Below, one piece after another: positions 24,673 through 35,795 of a stretch of 64,000 bases of DNA (position 1 is its first letter; every line of letters starts with the position of its first letter). Source of the stretch: an uncultured Hormoscilla sp. (lineage in GTDB: Bacteria > Cyanobacteriota > Cyanobacteriia > Cyanobacteriales > Desertifilaceae); contig OZ001293.3 of NCBI GenBank assembly GCA_963921275.4, forward strand, positions 3,456,001-3,520,000. Reading direction: 5' to 3'. The notes beneath the pieces were generated by a model, which was given only the letters and a program-made list of their open reading frames with translations, made no database searches and was not told the DNA's origin. The position numbers were made by a program, and so were the translations under genes.

Positions 24673-25188
24673 ATGGAAACAATAACACAAAAAATCTGCT
24701 TAGTAGGGGACTACGGGGTCGGCAAAACAAGCCTAATTCGCCGCTTTGTGGAACGTCAGTTCAGGGACGAGTATCTGTCCAACGTGGGGGTAAAAATTTC
24801 CCGCAAGACCCTGGAATTAGCAGAAGCGAACGTCCGCATGCTAATCTGGGATTTAGAAGGCAGTACCAAATTTCAGACGATCGTCCCCACCTATTTACAA
24901 GCAGCAATGGGAGCTGTAATTGTTGTCGATCTTAGCCGTCGGGAAACTCTGGAGAGGCTAAGGGAGCATATTGAGCGCTTTTTATCAATCAATCCCCAAG
25001 GGTTAATTATTATATCATTGAATAAGTCAGACCTGTTTGACCCCTTAGAAGTTGGCGAACTGGTTGACAGAATCCAGTTTAAGGATCAGCAGCAAGTCTT
25101 AGCCACCTATGCAACCTCTGCCAAAACAGGCCAAGACGTAGACCTAATGTTTGAAACCTTAGCCGATCAGCTGATAGAACTCACCTGA
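24673..25188 (+). CDS. Rab/Ras-like small GTPase
   Basis: G1 GDYGVGKTS, G3 WDLEG, G4 NKSD, G5 TSAKTG. Confidence 0.92.
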   Translation: METITQKICLVGDYGVGKTSLIRRFVERQFRDEYLSNVGVKISRKTLELAEANVRMLIWDLEGSTKFQTIVPTYLQAAMGAVIVVDLSRRETLERLREHIERFLSINPQGLIIISLNKSDLFDPLEVGELVDRIQFKDQQQVLATYATSAKTGQDVDLMFETLADQLIELT

Positions 25189-25325
25189 ACTGACAATAAT
25201 ACCCCCTTGTGGCCAAAATTGTATCTCAAAGCGACATGGAACACTTAAAAGTAGATCGGTCCTTAAGGATTCTAGAAATCTCATCAGGACTGAAACTATT
25301 AGCAGACAACTCAAGGGACTGTGTC

Positions 25326-25457
25326 AGGAATAAATAACCGTCTCAAGTTAATCAAATGTAAGGGATATGGATTCAGAAATCTGGAAAATTTTCGCTTGCG
25401 TAGTCTCCTTTCCTGGTGCTTTTAGCCTCAATCTAGCATACTAGATTGAGAAGAGCC
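25326..25457 (+). mobile_element. ISL3-family 3' remnant
   Basis: GINNRLKLIKCKGYGFRNLENFRLR* followed by the end GAAGAGCC. Confidence 0.75.
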
Positions 25458-26857
25458 AGAAATAGAACTGGGAAAAGATGTCAGAGAAGGCTTCCCAGAA
25501 CTATTCGGGTTAGAGAAGTCCCTGGAAGAGGTCATGTCAGGACAGCAGATGAGTTTTGAATTACAATGCATTTCCCGTCAGGGAGAGCGGGACTCTCCGG
25601 TCTATTTTGACATCTTCGTGCTGAAAAACGATAGAGAAGGGGGGCTGATGGTCTTATTTAATGATGTTACAGAAAACATGGAGATGAAACAAAAATTAGT
25701 CCAAAGTGCCAACCGAGCTAATTTATTACTGAGTACCATTACAGCTAATCAAAATTACATAGAAAAACTGATCCGGTCAATGGCAGATGCTTTATTAGTG
25801 ACCAGTAGATCGGGAAATATCAAAACAGTCAATCAAGCAGCGATCGGGATGTTTGGCTATAGCGAAAAGGAATTACTTAGACAGCCGATTTCCTCGCTCA
25901 TTACTGACCGGAAATTTCTCCACAAAGTCAGCTATAGTGAAGGGGAAGAGCAATATGTAGAAGTGCTTTGTCGGAAAAAAACAGGAGAAGAAATTTCCGT
26001 AGCTTTTTCTTGTGCTATCATAGACAGTGACATAGCCGACTTAAAAAACTTGCTCTATATCGGTCGAGACATCACCGAACGCAAGCGGATGGAAGCAGCA
26101 TTACAACAGGCCAACAGACAACTCACCATCTCAGTCAAGCAATTAGAACAGCGCAACCGGGAGATGCAGCTACTAACGGAACTGTCTCAGTTACTGCAAG
26201 CATGCTTCACCTGTCGGAAGCCTACGGGGTCATTGCCAAAAAATGTCACCCTTGTTTCCCGATTCAGTTGGTGAAGTATTTGCGCTCTGTGCCGAAAAAA
26301 ACCTCATTGAGGTGGTGGCCACTTGGGACAAAGCACCGATCTCCAACCAGAAGCAGTTTTCCCTGAAGGGGTGGTGCTCTCAAGATCGGCATGGAACAAA
26401 TGAAGAACTGACAAAATTGCTCTGTCAACATCTACACCCATCATCCGATGGTCGGCAACATTGCTGCTTACCGATGACGATGCAGAAAGAATCCATTGGT
26501 CTATTATATTTGAGTTCCCTAGAGTCGGGGCAATTAACCCCCGACACTGAGCGGTTAGCAGTCAGCGTAGCCAAACACATTACCCTAGCATTGGCAAACT
26601 TGAGACTGCGGGAAACCCTGCGCACCCGCTGCACGGGAAATCCAAAGAGCCTCTAGTTCCCAACATTCTTTAGGAATGATCCTGCTGGATGTTGACCATT
26701 TTAAGCGATTTAATGACACCTTCGGTCACCTGGGGATACCGTGCTACGAGAAGTGGGGCAGTTTTTGAATCGGAATATCCGGGGTAAAGACTTGGCTTGT
26801 CGCTACGGCGGTGAGGAGTTTATCGTCATCATTCCCGAAGCAACCCTAAATTATACC

Positions 26858-26970
26858 GGCGTTGCACAATCACGGGATGATGAGCATAGTTGCAGAAGTT
26901 TTAAACTTAGACTACAAGCTATTTTCAGTTATGTGCAAAAAATAGTATCATCCCCAAAATGTACAACGCC
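26858..26970. mobile_element. 113-bp MITE (GGCGTTG TIRs, 8-bp TSD; IS1595-like ends)
   Basis: GGCGTTGCACA...TGTACAACGCC flanked by ATTATACC on both sides. Homolog at 33711-33828. Confidence 0.85.
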
Positions 26971-27425
26971 ATTATACCATACAACGGGTACATCTCAGTT
27001 AGGCGATGAGTAATTATACTTAGTGCTTGTCTCCCTCAAAACGGTACATAATTTAGGCACTGTTGACCACCCTTGACCCATGAACTCCCAAAAGCAGGCT
27101 GAACTCCAGCAACATCTTGACGCGATTGCCGCGATTCTCTACCAGGAAGCCGACCCCACTGAACTCACCACCCTTGAAGGCATTGAGAAAAACGTTCGTG
27201 CGCTTGCCCAAGAACACGTCTGGCCTCAACTAGGAATTTTTTTATCAACACGGCGACTTCCCGCCGCACCGGAAAACAGCGCACCCTGACCAGTATCCTG
27301 GGCAAACTAACCCTCACCACTGCTCAAGCCCAACAACTGCAAGTTAAACCGGGAACTCGTTGGAGTCCGTATGTGGAAAAATGTTGTTGGGTCGTCAGTG
27401 CCAATGCCTCTTACCAGAGAGCCGA

Positions 27426-29168
27426 TTTTTCGGGCCGTCCGCGGACCGTACAAGATCTCGCGATGCTGACTGGGGTGAGCATCTCCCACAGTACGCTCCA
27501 ACGCTTTGTTCAACGAGAGGACTGGTCTGAGGTAGTGCGATTCGTTCCGGCATAAGCCAGTAGGTGAAAGTCGGGTCTGGCTCTATCAGCCAGATAACTC
27601 TGGTTATCATGGGGGTTAAATTCCCTTTCCCCAGGTACGGGGGTCGAGGGTACTACCGGTCGGAGGTGCTACGGAGCCACATCGCCGTGGTACCTCCCGA
27701 GGACTTAAATGTAGGATAACTGGCAGCCTAAGCCGGTGACGCCGCTAGGAAAGATGCTAATGGTTAGAACAAGCGAACCTATGTAAACCTCGTTAACCAG
27801 AACCAGCGGAAGAAGGCTTATGCGCTTGCCCAAAAAGGGAAATGGTAGTTAGTATTAGCTCTTGCCTCTGGCTAATAACGTACTCAAAGAACTCCCGGGG
27901 TATAGTAGGAACCTAAAAGCATCGTGAAATGATACTAGGGAACGAAGTAACCTCTCGTGAGCTATCCCCATTTGGACAAGTTAGATGTAAAGCACAAGCC
28001 ACGAAGAAGAAGGATGTCCTAAGAAGCTAACGCCCAGGGTAATGCCTGTGGATATGCAGACGTAGGACGGATATGGTAAGACACCCTTGGGAAAAGTAAC
28101 CTTAATGTCACAGAACTAGGGAGAAATTCCGAAAGTACGAATTTTGGATTCAAATCTTAGCCAGGTAAAGTTCAGAGCCCTTACGAAAAGCGGAAAGCAG
28201 AATGGGGAAGATGTTAGTAAAGAGCGGCGAGTATGGTTTGCTGAACTATCCTCCGCGAACCTTCCGCAGCTCAGTACTTAAACGGTCCAATAGGATTGAC
28301 CATAAGGGGTAAAATTTCAAAGGGTAAGGGACAACGGGGGTAACCCCCAGTAATCCTACTGATGACAACAGCTTACCAACCAGTAGCCGTGTGCGGTTCC
28401 AGTCGCTCTTCAGGTTTCGCTCTTGGAGGGTTGGGGAGTGATTCCCAGCTCGACCCCGACCGAGATAGCTGAACCGATTCAGGAGCTCAGCTTGGATGGC
28501 GGCATGATTCGCCTTCGTACCGATTTTTCGGGCCGTCCGCGGACCGTGGAGGGTCAACCTGGTGAGTGGCGAGAATACAAAGCCTTAAATGTCCATGAGC
28601 AAGGCAGTGTGGCTTTCTTCAAGGATAATCAAGGGCTGCTTGAGTGGGTGAATGCCCAGCCCCTCGGGGCGCAGTTCACCGGTCTCGGAGATGGTCATGA
28701 TGGGGTGTGGAACATTTTCAGTGGTATCGGGACACCAGAACAACGTATCGAAGTGCTCGATTGGTATCACCTAATGGAAAATGCCAATAAGGTGCAAGGG
28801 ACACCGGCTCAATCCGATTTTTCGGGCCGTCCGCGGACCGTGCAGATCCGATTTTTCGGGCCGTCCGCGGACCGTGCACTCCTGTGGCGAGGGGAGACCC
28901 AGAGGGCGATTAGTTATCTGCGCCAACAGCAATGTCGGGGAGCCACAGGGTTGATCAACTACTTGAAGCACCATCAGACGCGCATCATTGACTACCAGGC
29001 TAGCCCTCCTGGCGTCGGGCCGCTGCGCGAACGGGCAGGCAGCTCGGCACTCGATTGGCTCTGGTCGGGTTGAGTCCCTGGTGAAACAAATTGGGTTAAG
29101 GGTGAAATTACCGGGGGCACAATGGCGAGCCGAGAATGTGCCGATTTTTCGGGCCGTCCGCGGACCGT
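27426..29168 (+). repeat. Five identical 24-bp inserts TTTTTCGGGCCGTCCGCGGACCGT
   Basis: At 27426-27449, 28524-28547, 28818-28841, 28852-28875 and 29145-29168, each directly after CCGA. Confidence 0.95.
27535..28461 (+). ncRNA. ORF-less group II intron (927 nt), DV degenerate
   Basis: Starts GTGCG and ends CTCGACCCCGACC. EBS1 TGCCTC (27863-27868) pairs with exon GAGGTA. Removal restores WSEV|EIAEPI. Confidence 0.9.
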
Positions 29169-29642
29169 AGGTGTTGAAGCATCGCTGTGCCTACCTGAAT
29201 GGCGCATTAGTTGCCTAATCAGACTCAGTAAATCCACTTTTGCTGAGTAAATATACTCATCGCCTAACTGAGATGCACCCCATACAACGAGCCTCTTATC
29301 TGCGATCGGGAATCAAGTCTCTGCGGATCGAGCATGACGGTCAGCTGCTGGGTAGCATCACCAGTTCCTTTGGCGTCGCTTGCTTCCCAGAACACGGTCA
29401 AACCCTACAGGCAGTCATCGCAGCCGCTGATGCGACACTTTACCGCGCTAAAGCCTCCGGGCGCGATCGGGTGATCTCAGCTTGAATATAACCATAAGTA
29501 GTCATCTATCCAATTAACAATTTTCAATTGGCAATTAACAATTTTCAATTTTCAATCCGATTAGTTGTATCGACGGGTACAAAAACAGATTTCCGACTGC
29601 GCTAAAGTCATAATAAATCGATGTAGTTCAGGCTACATAACC

Positions 29643-32524
29643 ATGCGAGTTGAGCAATTACAAGCTTTTTTAGCTGTTGCCGAAACCGGTAACTTTCAGC
29701 AAGCGGCGAGAAATTGTGGAGTGACGCAATCGACCATTAGCCGCCAAATCCAAGGACTAGAAGAGTACTTGGGAATGCCACTGTTTCACAGGGGATATTC
29801 GGCCAAATTAACTATAGGAGGAGAAATGTTCTTTAAGAGGGTCTGCAAAATCTGTCAAGAGTGGGATTCTGCCACCACCGAATTAGCTCAATTATTAGCA
29901 GGAAAACAACCAGAACTCTGTGTAGGAGCGATTCCTTCAGTTTGTGCCCATGCTTTACCGCCAGTGTTGCTCTCCTTTTGTCGAGACTACCCTCAAGTGC
30001 AGTTGCGAGTCACGTCCTTAGGGAGCGATCGGGCGCTGAAAGTGCTCAAAGACGGCATGGTTGATCTGGCGATCGTCATGCCAAATCGCTTCTTAACCGT
30101 CAGTTCCGAGATCGTAGTAGATCTGCTATTGTCCGAGCCGATCGAAGTATTAATGGCCTCGAATCACCCTCTCACCCAGTACGAACATCTGTCCTGGAAT
30201 TTATTAGCCTCCCAATCGCAAGTAGTATTTAAGGATGGCTATGGTATGGGACGCCTGGTGCAAGAAGCCTTTTTGATACAAAATCTCACCCTCAATGCCG
30301 TTTTGGAGTTAAATACCCTCGATGCCTTTCAAGCCTACATTCCGCACGACAAGTGTACTACATAAATAAAACATCGGTCTTTTTAACTCTTACAATATCA
30401 CAAATATAGGCAAATATCCAGTGCAGCGTCCCTTAAAATACCCAAAAAATTATACCAACCAACAACAACAACTTACTTGACATAAAATTACTAAAATTTT
30501 TCTATTATTGCTCAATATCAAGCTACTCAGAGGTGAAATATCTCTAAGTTATACTCATTATTGAATGTGTTTTTACATAATTTACCCTCTTGAATTTTAC
30601 GCCAGTAAATAGTACCGCGCTCCATGCTGGGGGAAAGAATTTCAGAAAGTGCAAACGCTCCTCATTAATATTTGAAATCTGTTTGTTACCGCCTGATATT
30701 TAGATAGGGATTGACTGAAAACATTTAAATATCCAAGGTAGGGTCGGTCTATCCGTCAGCGGACCTAACTGATTTTTTACTCCTGAACCTGTTCCTTTAA
30801 GTGTTTGCCTTATCTGTCGCTTTGCTACTTTATACACTAACAAAGATCAAGCCATAATTAAACCTAAAACTTCAATTCGTTTTGGAGATTTAATAAATAC
30901 ACTATCCGCAAAAAACATTGGGTCTTTAACAAACTTAAAACAACGCTCCACTTCCTGCTGCTCTATTTTATATATGTGGAGCATTTTTTCTGAATTTAGC
31001 GCTAATTTATCAAGTTGATTAGTTGCTAAAACAAAGGGTCCTGCCTGATTTTTTTATGTTGCACTTGCTCATTGACGCTCTTGTTGCTTGGACTTGATAG
31101 TGGCAAGAAGATTCTCCACTCGTGGAAATTGATTGAGTTGTTATGTCCGTTAGTTCATGATATAATGATTTTTTTAATAGCTTCTTTGCCCCTACTATAG
31201 CATCCGGGGCACAAGCAAATTTCCGACAACTTAATTCTTTTAATTTTTTTTGAGCAACACCTAAATCTTTGTCGATTTTATTCGACAAATTTTTTAGGTC
31301 TAATTCCCGACGACATCACTAGCCATCTTTGCTCTATATCTCCATAGTTTTGCTTTACTTCTAGGTAACGATATCCAAAAAGCTGATATAAAATTCTCTG
31401 TATCCGCCTCCGTGACTAACTTCTTGGCTGCTTTAATAGTAAGTGGAACTCGCCATAACCACTTAACATCACCGTTGCAAATTTTCTTGAGTATATAATG
31501 CTGCATCAGCTACCATTAATCCTGAAAAGTTGTTTTTGATGCTGAAGGAAGTTCTTTTTGGTCTGATGCATTTCCATCTCCCATTTTCATCCATAAGGGA
31601 ATACCTCCTGAACAAATCAACTGCATTGTATATTGTTTCAAATCTGGTCTCTGGTCTCTAGAGTTATTTTTATCGGGTTCAATAACTTCCACCTCTACTT
31701 CTGATGTTTTGTACTCGAACATGAAATGAACTTGAATCCTGCTGTTTCCTTTTTGATTTGAGATTTTTTTAATACCTCTAACAGGACCTCGACAAATATT
31801 TTTCCTATTGCATATAAATCATCCATAACTCTACCCAATTTATCATCATTCAAATATTCCGGTTTTACTCCAACTCCAATCAAGTGTTAAGCATGCTTTT
31901 CCCTCAAAAAATCTGGCAAACAGGTATAGCTGACACTAACCCATTAATTATCATCGCTTTAACAACTTGACCAGAGCTAATTTTCTCTGATGAGTGTTTT
32001 TCCAATCGCCGGTTAATTATCTCTTCTATTCCTATTTCATCGATGATTCCGGCAACTAATCCCAGATGATCTAGATTGGTAATTTCCATGTGCAAGTATC
32101 TGAACTTCTTTGACTTTCAATTATAACTCAATTTTGTGATTTTGAGACAGATTTTTTCAGCATCCTGAGTATAAATACTCAGAAATGCCTAAAGGTACTA
32201 CATTTGTGTTGCAAGATCAGATCGTAATACATAGCAGATTACAATTTGTCGTGCGGAATGTGGGTTCAAGGGGTAGTCCACCAAGGAGAACTGATCGCCC
32301 TGTTACCCCGATCGGCATTAATGCAGGCACGCCTTGACCCGACCCTGGCCGTCAGAGCGATCGCCTCGGGCAATCAAGAGCATATATCATCTCCACCCTT
32401 GACGAGTCAAGTGGTATTGGTCACCACCCGCGATCGACTCCAGATTCCCCCAATTGGCCATTTCCGCCAACTGGTCAAAGGGCTTTACCCACAGTTTCAA
32501 CCTCAGCTATCAGCAGTCAGCTGA
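29643..32524 (+). pseudogene. ntcB: LysR-family regulator (NtcB-like) split by IS1634
   Basis: MRVEQLQAFLAVAETGNFQQAA...VTQSTISRQIQ. The frame rejoins across the IS as LDAFQ|GVVHQGELIALLP. Orthology is assigned from recalled NtcB N-termini. Confidence 0.65.
30334..32264 (-). mobile_element. IS1634-family element, transposase heavily frameshifted
   Basis: TIRs CCTACATTCCGCACGACAA / TTGTCGTGCGGAATGTGGG, 6-bp TSD TTCAAG. NLDHLGLVAGIIDEIG, LNDDKLGRVMD and RPDLKQ motifs. Confidence 0.9.
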
Positions 32525-32649
32525 AAATTGTCAATTGACAATTGCGCGATCGTAAGTGCGGATTGCTTCGTTCAGAGCAACACAGGCGAGCGAGCGCTAT
32601 AAATATGAATAAATAAATCTACCTTCCTCAATTCTCAATTAACAATTGC

Positions 32650-33477
32650 TCAATTCTCAATTTCCAGACTCATGCCTTCCCTGGCTAGCAAGCTATCAGG
32701 AAAGACTGATTTTAATTTGGCTTCCATAAGTTCTAGAAACCGATCGTTGTGGCAGGGGTCGTGGTGACAAATTACCAGCTTCTGAACCCCAGCCGCCTTT
32801 GCCACTTCAATCCCCGTCTTCCAGATAAAATCTTTCCAGTCAGTGTTAAAGGATGGAAACCTTACGCTAACCGACTCTATTGTTGCATCGTAAATCAGTA
32901 TATTCGCGTTCCGGGCTAAATGCAGCAGACTTTTATCTAAGCGATCGGGGCGCAGTAATGTATCCGTAGCGTATACTGCTGTATTTCCCTGACAACTCAC
33001 CCGGTAGCCAGTAGCGCAATTAGTTGGGTTGAGACAGACCGTTTCAATCGCCACCTCCCCTAGGGCCAGTTCCGACTCCGGTTCCAGATCGTAAAACTTC
33101 ATATCCGACCCCATGATCCCAATTGGCACTGGGAAATTAGGCGGCAGCATCTGCTCGAACAGGCGCTGTTCCATCGAAGCCCCATTAGCTGCCGACGCCC
33201 CGTAAATGTGAAAACGATTTATCGGAATAAAACCTGAGACAAAAAACGGGAATCCTTGAATCCGGTCCCAATGACAGTGAATCAAGAATAGATGGGCTTC
33301 CACAGGCATCTGGCTGAGTAGATGCTTTCCCAGCACCCTCACACCGGTGCCCGCATCAAAGATCAAGAATTGATTAGCCACCCGCATTGTCACACAGGAG
33401 GTATTACCCCGTAGCCCATTGTCTCCCTGCCCGGGGTGGGAATCTCCCCTCGGACGAACTGGACAGTAAATTCGCAA
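32650..33477 (-). CDS. MBL-fold metallo-hydrolase (5' end appears damaged; possible pseudogene)
   Basis: GNTSCV, DAGTG, HCHWDRIQGFPFF and HHDP motifs. Confidence 0.75.
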   Translation of the reverse strand: MRIYCPVRPRGDSHPGQGDNGLRGNTSCVTMRVANQFLIFDAGTGVRVLGKHLLSQMPVEAHLFLIHCHWDRIQGFPFFVSGFIPINRFHIYGASAANGASMEQRLFEQMLPPNFPVPIGIMGSDMKFYDLEPESELALGEVAIETVCLNPTNCATGYRVSCQGNTAVYATDTLLRPDRLDKSLLHLARNANILIYDATIESVSVRFPSFNTDWKDFIWKTGIEVAKAAGVQKLVICHHDPCHNDRFLELMEAKLKSVFPDSLLAREGMSLEIEN

Positions 33478-33532
33478 TCAGCGCTCATAACATTCTTCGC
33501 CTTTTCTGGTGAAGATTTTGGCAATGCGGCTA

Positions 33533-33619
33533 CGATGTGCTCTGCGCGCTCGATGTCTCCGGAGTAGTGCGATTAGCGCTCTCCGGAGACATCGTATTCG
33601 CACTACCCATCGCACATCG
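33533..33619. repeat. Self-nested hairpin mini-elements
   Basis: Inner 44-bp copy at 33551-33594 within an outer degenerate copy. Confidence 0.75.
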
Positions 33620-33710
33620 TGTGATGGTTCATTATCTGAGCCTGCCAGTTGCTTCCTACCCGCACCCCAGCATGCTCAGACTACCGCCAGTTACTATTTT
33701 TAGCGTAGCG

Positions 33711-33828
33711 TGTTGCACATTTTGGGGATGATGCCATTGTTTGCACCAGCAAAACGTTACTGAAAGTGGCTTATAGTCTACGTTTAAGACTTATGCAAAG
33801 AGACCCATCATCCCGTCCGAAGTGCAAC
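33711..33828. mobile_element. Diverged second copy of the 113-bp MITE (opposite orientation)
   Basis: GTTGCACATTTTGGGGATGAT...CATCATCCCGT...GTGCAAC aligns with the reverse complement of 26858-26970. Confidence 0.7.
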
Positions 33829-34340
33829 TATTTTTGTGCCGCGTCAATACATTTTTTCACCAGAGGCCTCACCTCTGATATATCTTTCCAGCCGAGTATT
33901 TCAGTAACTTTTTTCTCTAAATTTTTGTAAGTTCTGAAAAGTTCGGCAATTTCATCCAACCGATGGGGTGCCACATCTTGGAGGGATTTTACCTCAGCAT
34001 AGCGCGGGTCATCGTCGGGCACGCAGAGAATTTTTTCATCCCGATCGCCCCCGTCAATCATTTCCAACATTCCTATTGGCCGCGCCGCTATCACGCAACC
34101 CGGGAAAGTGGGCTGATCCATCATCACCATACCATCGAGGGGGTCGCCATCGTCGGCTAGGGTATTGGGGACAAAGCCGTAATCGTAAGGATATTGTACC
34201 GAAGCATAAAGCACCCGGTCTAGGATCAAGGCTTGCATATCCTTATTATACTCGTACTTATTTTTGCTTCCGGCTGTGATTTCGATCAATACGTTCAGCA
34301 AACCCGGTTTTGGTTGGGCTGGTATCCGCGATAAATCCAA
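33828..34340 (-). CDS. ppa: Inorganic pyrophosphatase
   Basis: [29 protein letters not shown] and DEK motifs. TTG start after GAGGAG. Confidence 0.95.
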   Translation of the reverse strand: MDLSRIPAQPKPGLLNVLIEITAGSKNKYEYNKDMQALILDRVLYASVQYPYDYGFVPNTLADDGDPLDGMVMMDQPTFPGCVIAARPIGMLEMIDGGDRDEKILCVPDDDPRYAEVKSLQDVAPHRLDEIAELFRTYKNLEKKVTEILGWKDISEVRPLVKKCIDAAQK

Positions 34341-34621
34341 TTTAATACTCCTCGCTAACAGTAACATTCCGACCCGCGTCAGTTCAAGGCAGTCCGAGTC
34401 GGGTTTGGGGTGTCGATCTGCATGGGGTCTCGGCACCCCCAAAGCTAATTGTAGGGGAATACGTTTAACTCGAACAGGTCAAAATTCTTTCTTCAAATTC
34501 TTTCTTCAAAATTGACCACTGACTTAATATATTTTAATAGTTATATATCTTATTATTGATTAATCGATTATAAAGGGACGGGTGGTCAGGACTTACACGG
34601 CGGACATCGCTACATCTTGAC

Positions 34622-34673
34622 CACCAGTCACCAGTCACCAGTCACTAGCCACCAGTCACCAGTCACCAGTCAC
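34622..34673. repeat. Heptamer tandem repeat (CACCAGT)n, STRR-like
   Basis: About 7 units. Other heptamer arrays lie at ~19765-19797, 29510-29556, 32628-32662 and 56201-56224. Confidence 0.85.
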
Positions 34674-35299
34674 TTGATCCGTTGGTAAAGTCCCTTGGCG
34701 ATATCCAGCAGGTTGATTAATTGCTGCCATTCTGGAGCATCAGGATGGTGGCTGTTGGCCCATTCTATCTTCAGGCTTTTTTGTAGCAGATCCAGCAATA
34801 AGTCTGGAGATTGCAATTGGCCAGTCGAAATGGCCTTTTGCGGCTCCTCTGTTGGCGTTGACTCTGTGGGATCAAAGGTAGTTGACTCTGTGGGCTCAAA
34901 AGTAGTTGATTTTGTTGGTTCAAAGGTAGTTGACTCTGTCGGTTCAAAGGCAGTTTCCTTGATTTTCTGTCCTTGCTTAGCCAGATCCAGAGCCTTCTGA
35001 GATACAAGGTCTGGTAGCTTGGGGCGATCGGATAAAGAGATGCGAGATAGTTCGCCCAACAGGGAGATCACCTGCTCTACCCACTCCAGAGATGAGGACT
35101 GCCAAGCATTGGCACCACTTTGGCTGTTACCTTCCTCTTGGATGCTCTTTGCCTTTTTAGCTAGTGGTATAGCTCTTATAGAGATATTTTCTGGTAATTT
35201 GGGGAGATCTGACAGACCTGCACGAGCGATATCCCGTAACAGTTGAATCACCTGCTCTACCCACTCTCTCTCTTCTTTCTGCTTCTTCAAGTCATTCAT
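34670..35299 (-). CDS. Hypothetical protein with an internal duplication and FEPTESTT repeats
   Basis: 209-aa ORF. EWVEQVI...SD.PKLP occurs twice, followed by four 24-nt repeats. Confidence 0.65.
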   Translation of the reverse strand: MNDLKKQKEEREWVEQVIQLLRDIARAGLSDLPKLPENISIRAIPLAKKAKSIQEEGNSQSGANAWQSSSLEWVEQVISLLGELSRISLSDRPKLPDLVSQKALDLAKQGQKIKETAFEPTESTTFEPTKSTTFEPTESTTFDPTESTPTEEPQKAISTGQLQSPDLLLDLLQKSLKIEWANSHHPDAPEWQQLINLLDIAKGLYQRIK

Positions 35300-35795
35300 T
35301 TTTCACGCTAGTAGTTTTCAATATCTCAGACTCGGATATTAGGTAACTTCTCCCGACTCCACTCCAGACTGTCAGGGGACTCCAGAGCATAAAATCTTCA
35401 TTAAATCTGCTTATAATACCATTTTGAAACAAGATTGCTACAGATGGGGAGTCTGGAAGTCCCCGATGGTCCAACGGTTTCTCCGGAGTAGTGCGTAAGA
35501 GCGCTCTCCGGAGACACCGAAGATTTTGGCAATCTCAGATCGTTGCATCTCTTCAAGGTATAAGCTGTTTTTGGGATCCACCGGGCAGGCATGGGATAAA
35601 CCCTTTATTTCGGTTTGTTTGGACACCGACCCACAGCTGGCCAATAGGTGAAGGGCCGCAGTTCGATATCCTCCAGAGGGGACGCGCTACTCGCACTACC
35701 CCAGAGATATCGCCGCCTCCCATACGCTGATTTTTAATCCCATCGCGTTCCGTCTAGCCTCCCGATAGCGCTGCGCTGGGGGCGCAGCCATAGCG

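Larger units (their letters stand above)
26986..29280 (+). mobile_element. ISKra4-family element carrying a group II intron and short inserts
   Basis: 27-bp TIRs GGGTACATCTCAGTTAGGCGATGAGTA, 8-bp TSD CATACAAC. LDGG, LGDGHDGVWN, LDWYH and IGSGRVES motifs. Confidence 0.9.
25209..29485 (+). pseudogene. PAS-GAF-GGDEF diguanylate cyclase disrupted by an ISL3 fragment, a MITE, ISKra4 and frameshifts
   Basis: PAS (DITERK), LALANLRLRETL, LDVDHFKRFNDTFGH, RYGGEEF and ADATLYRAKASGRDRV. Confidence 0.85.
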
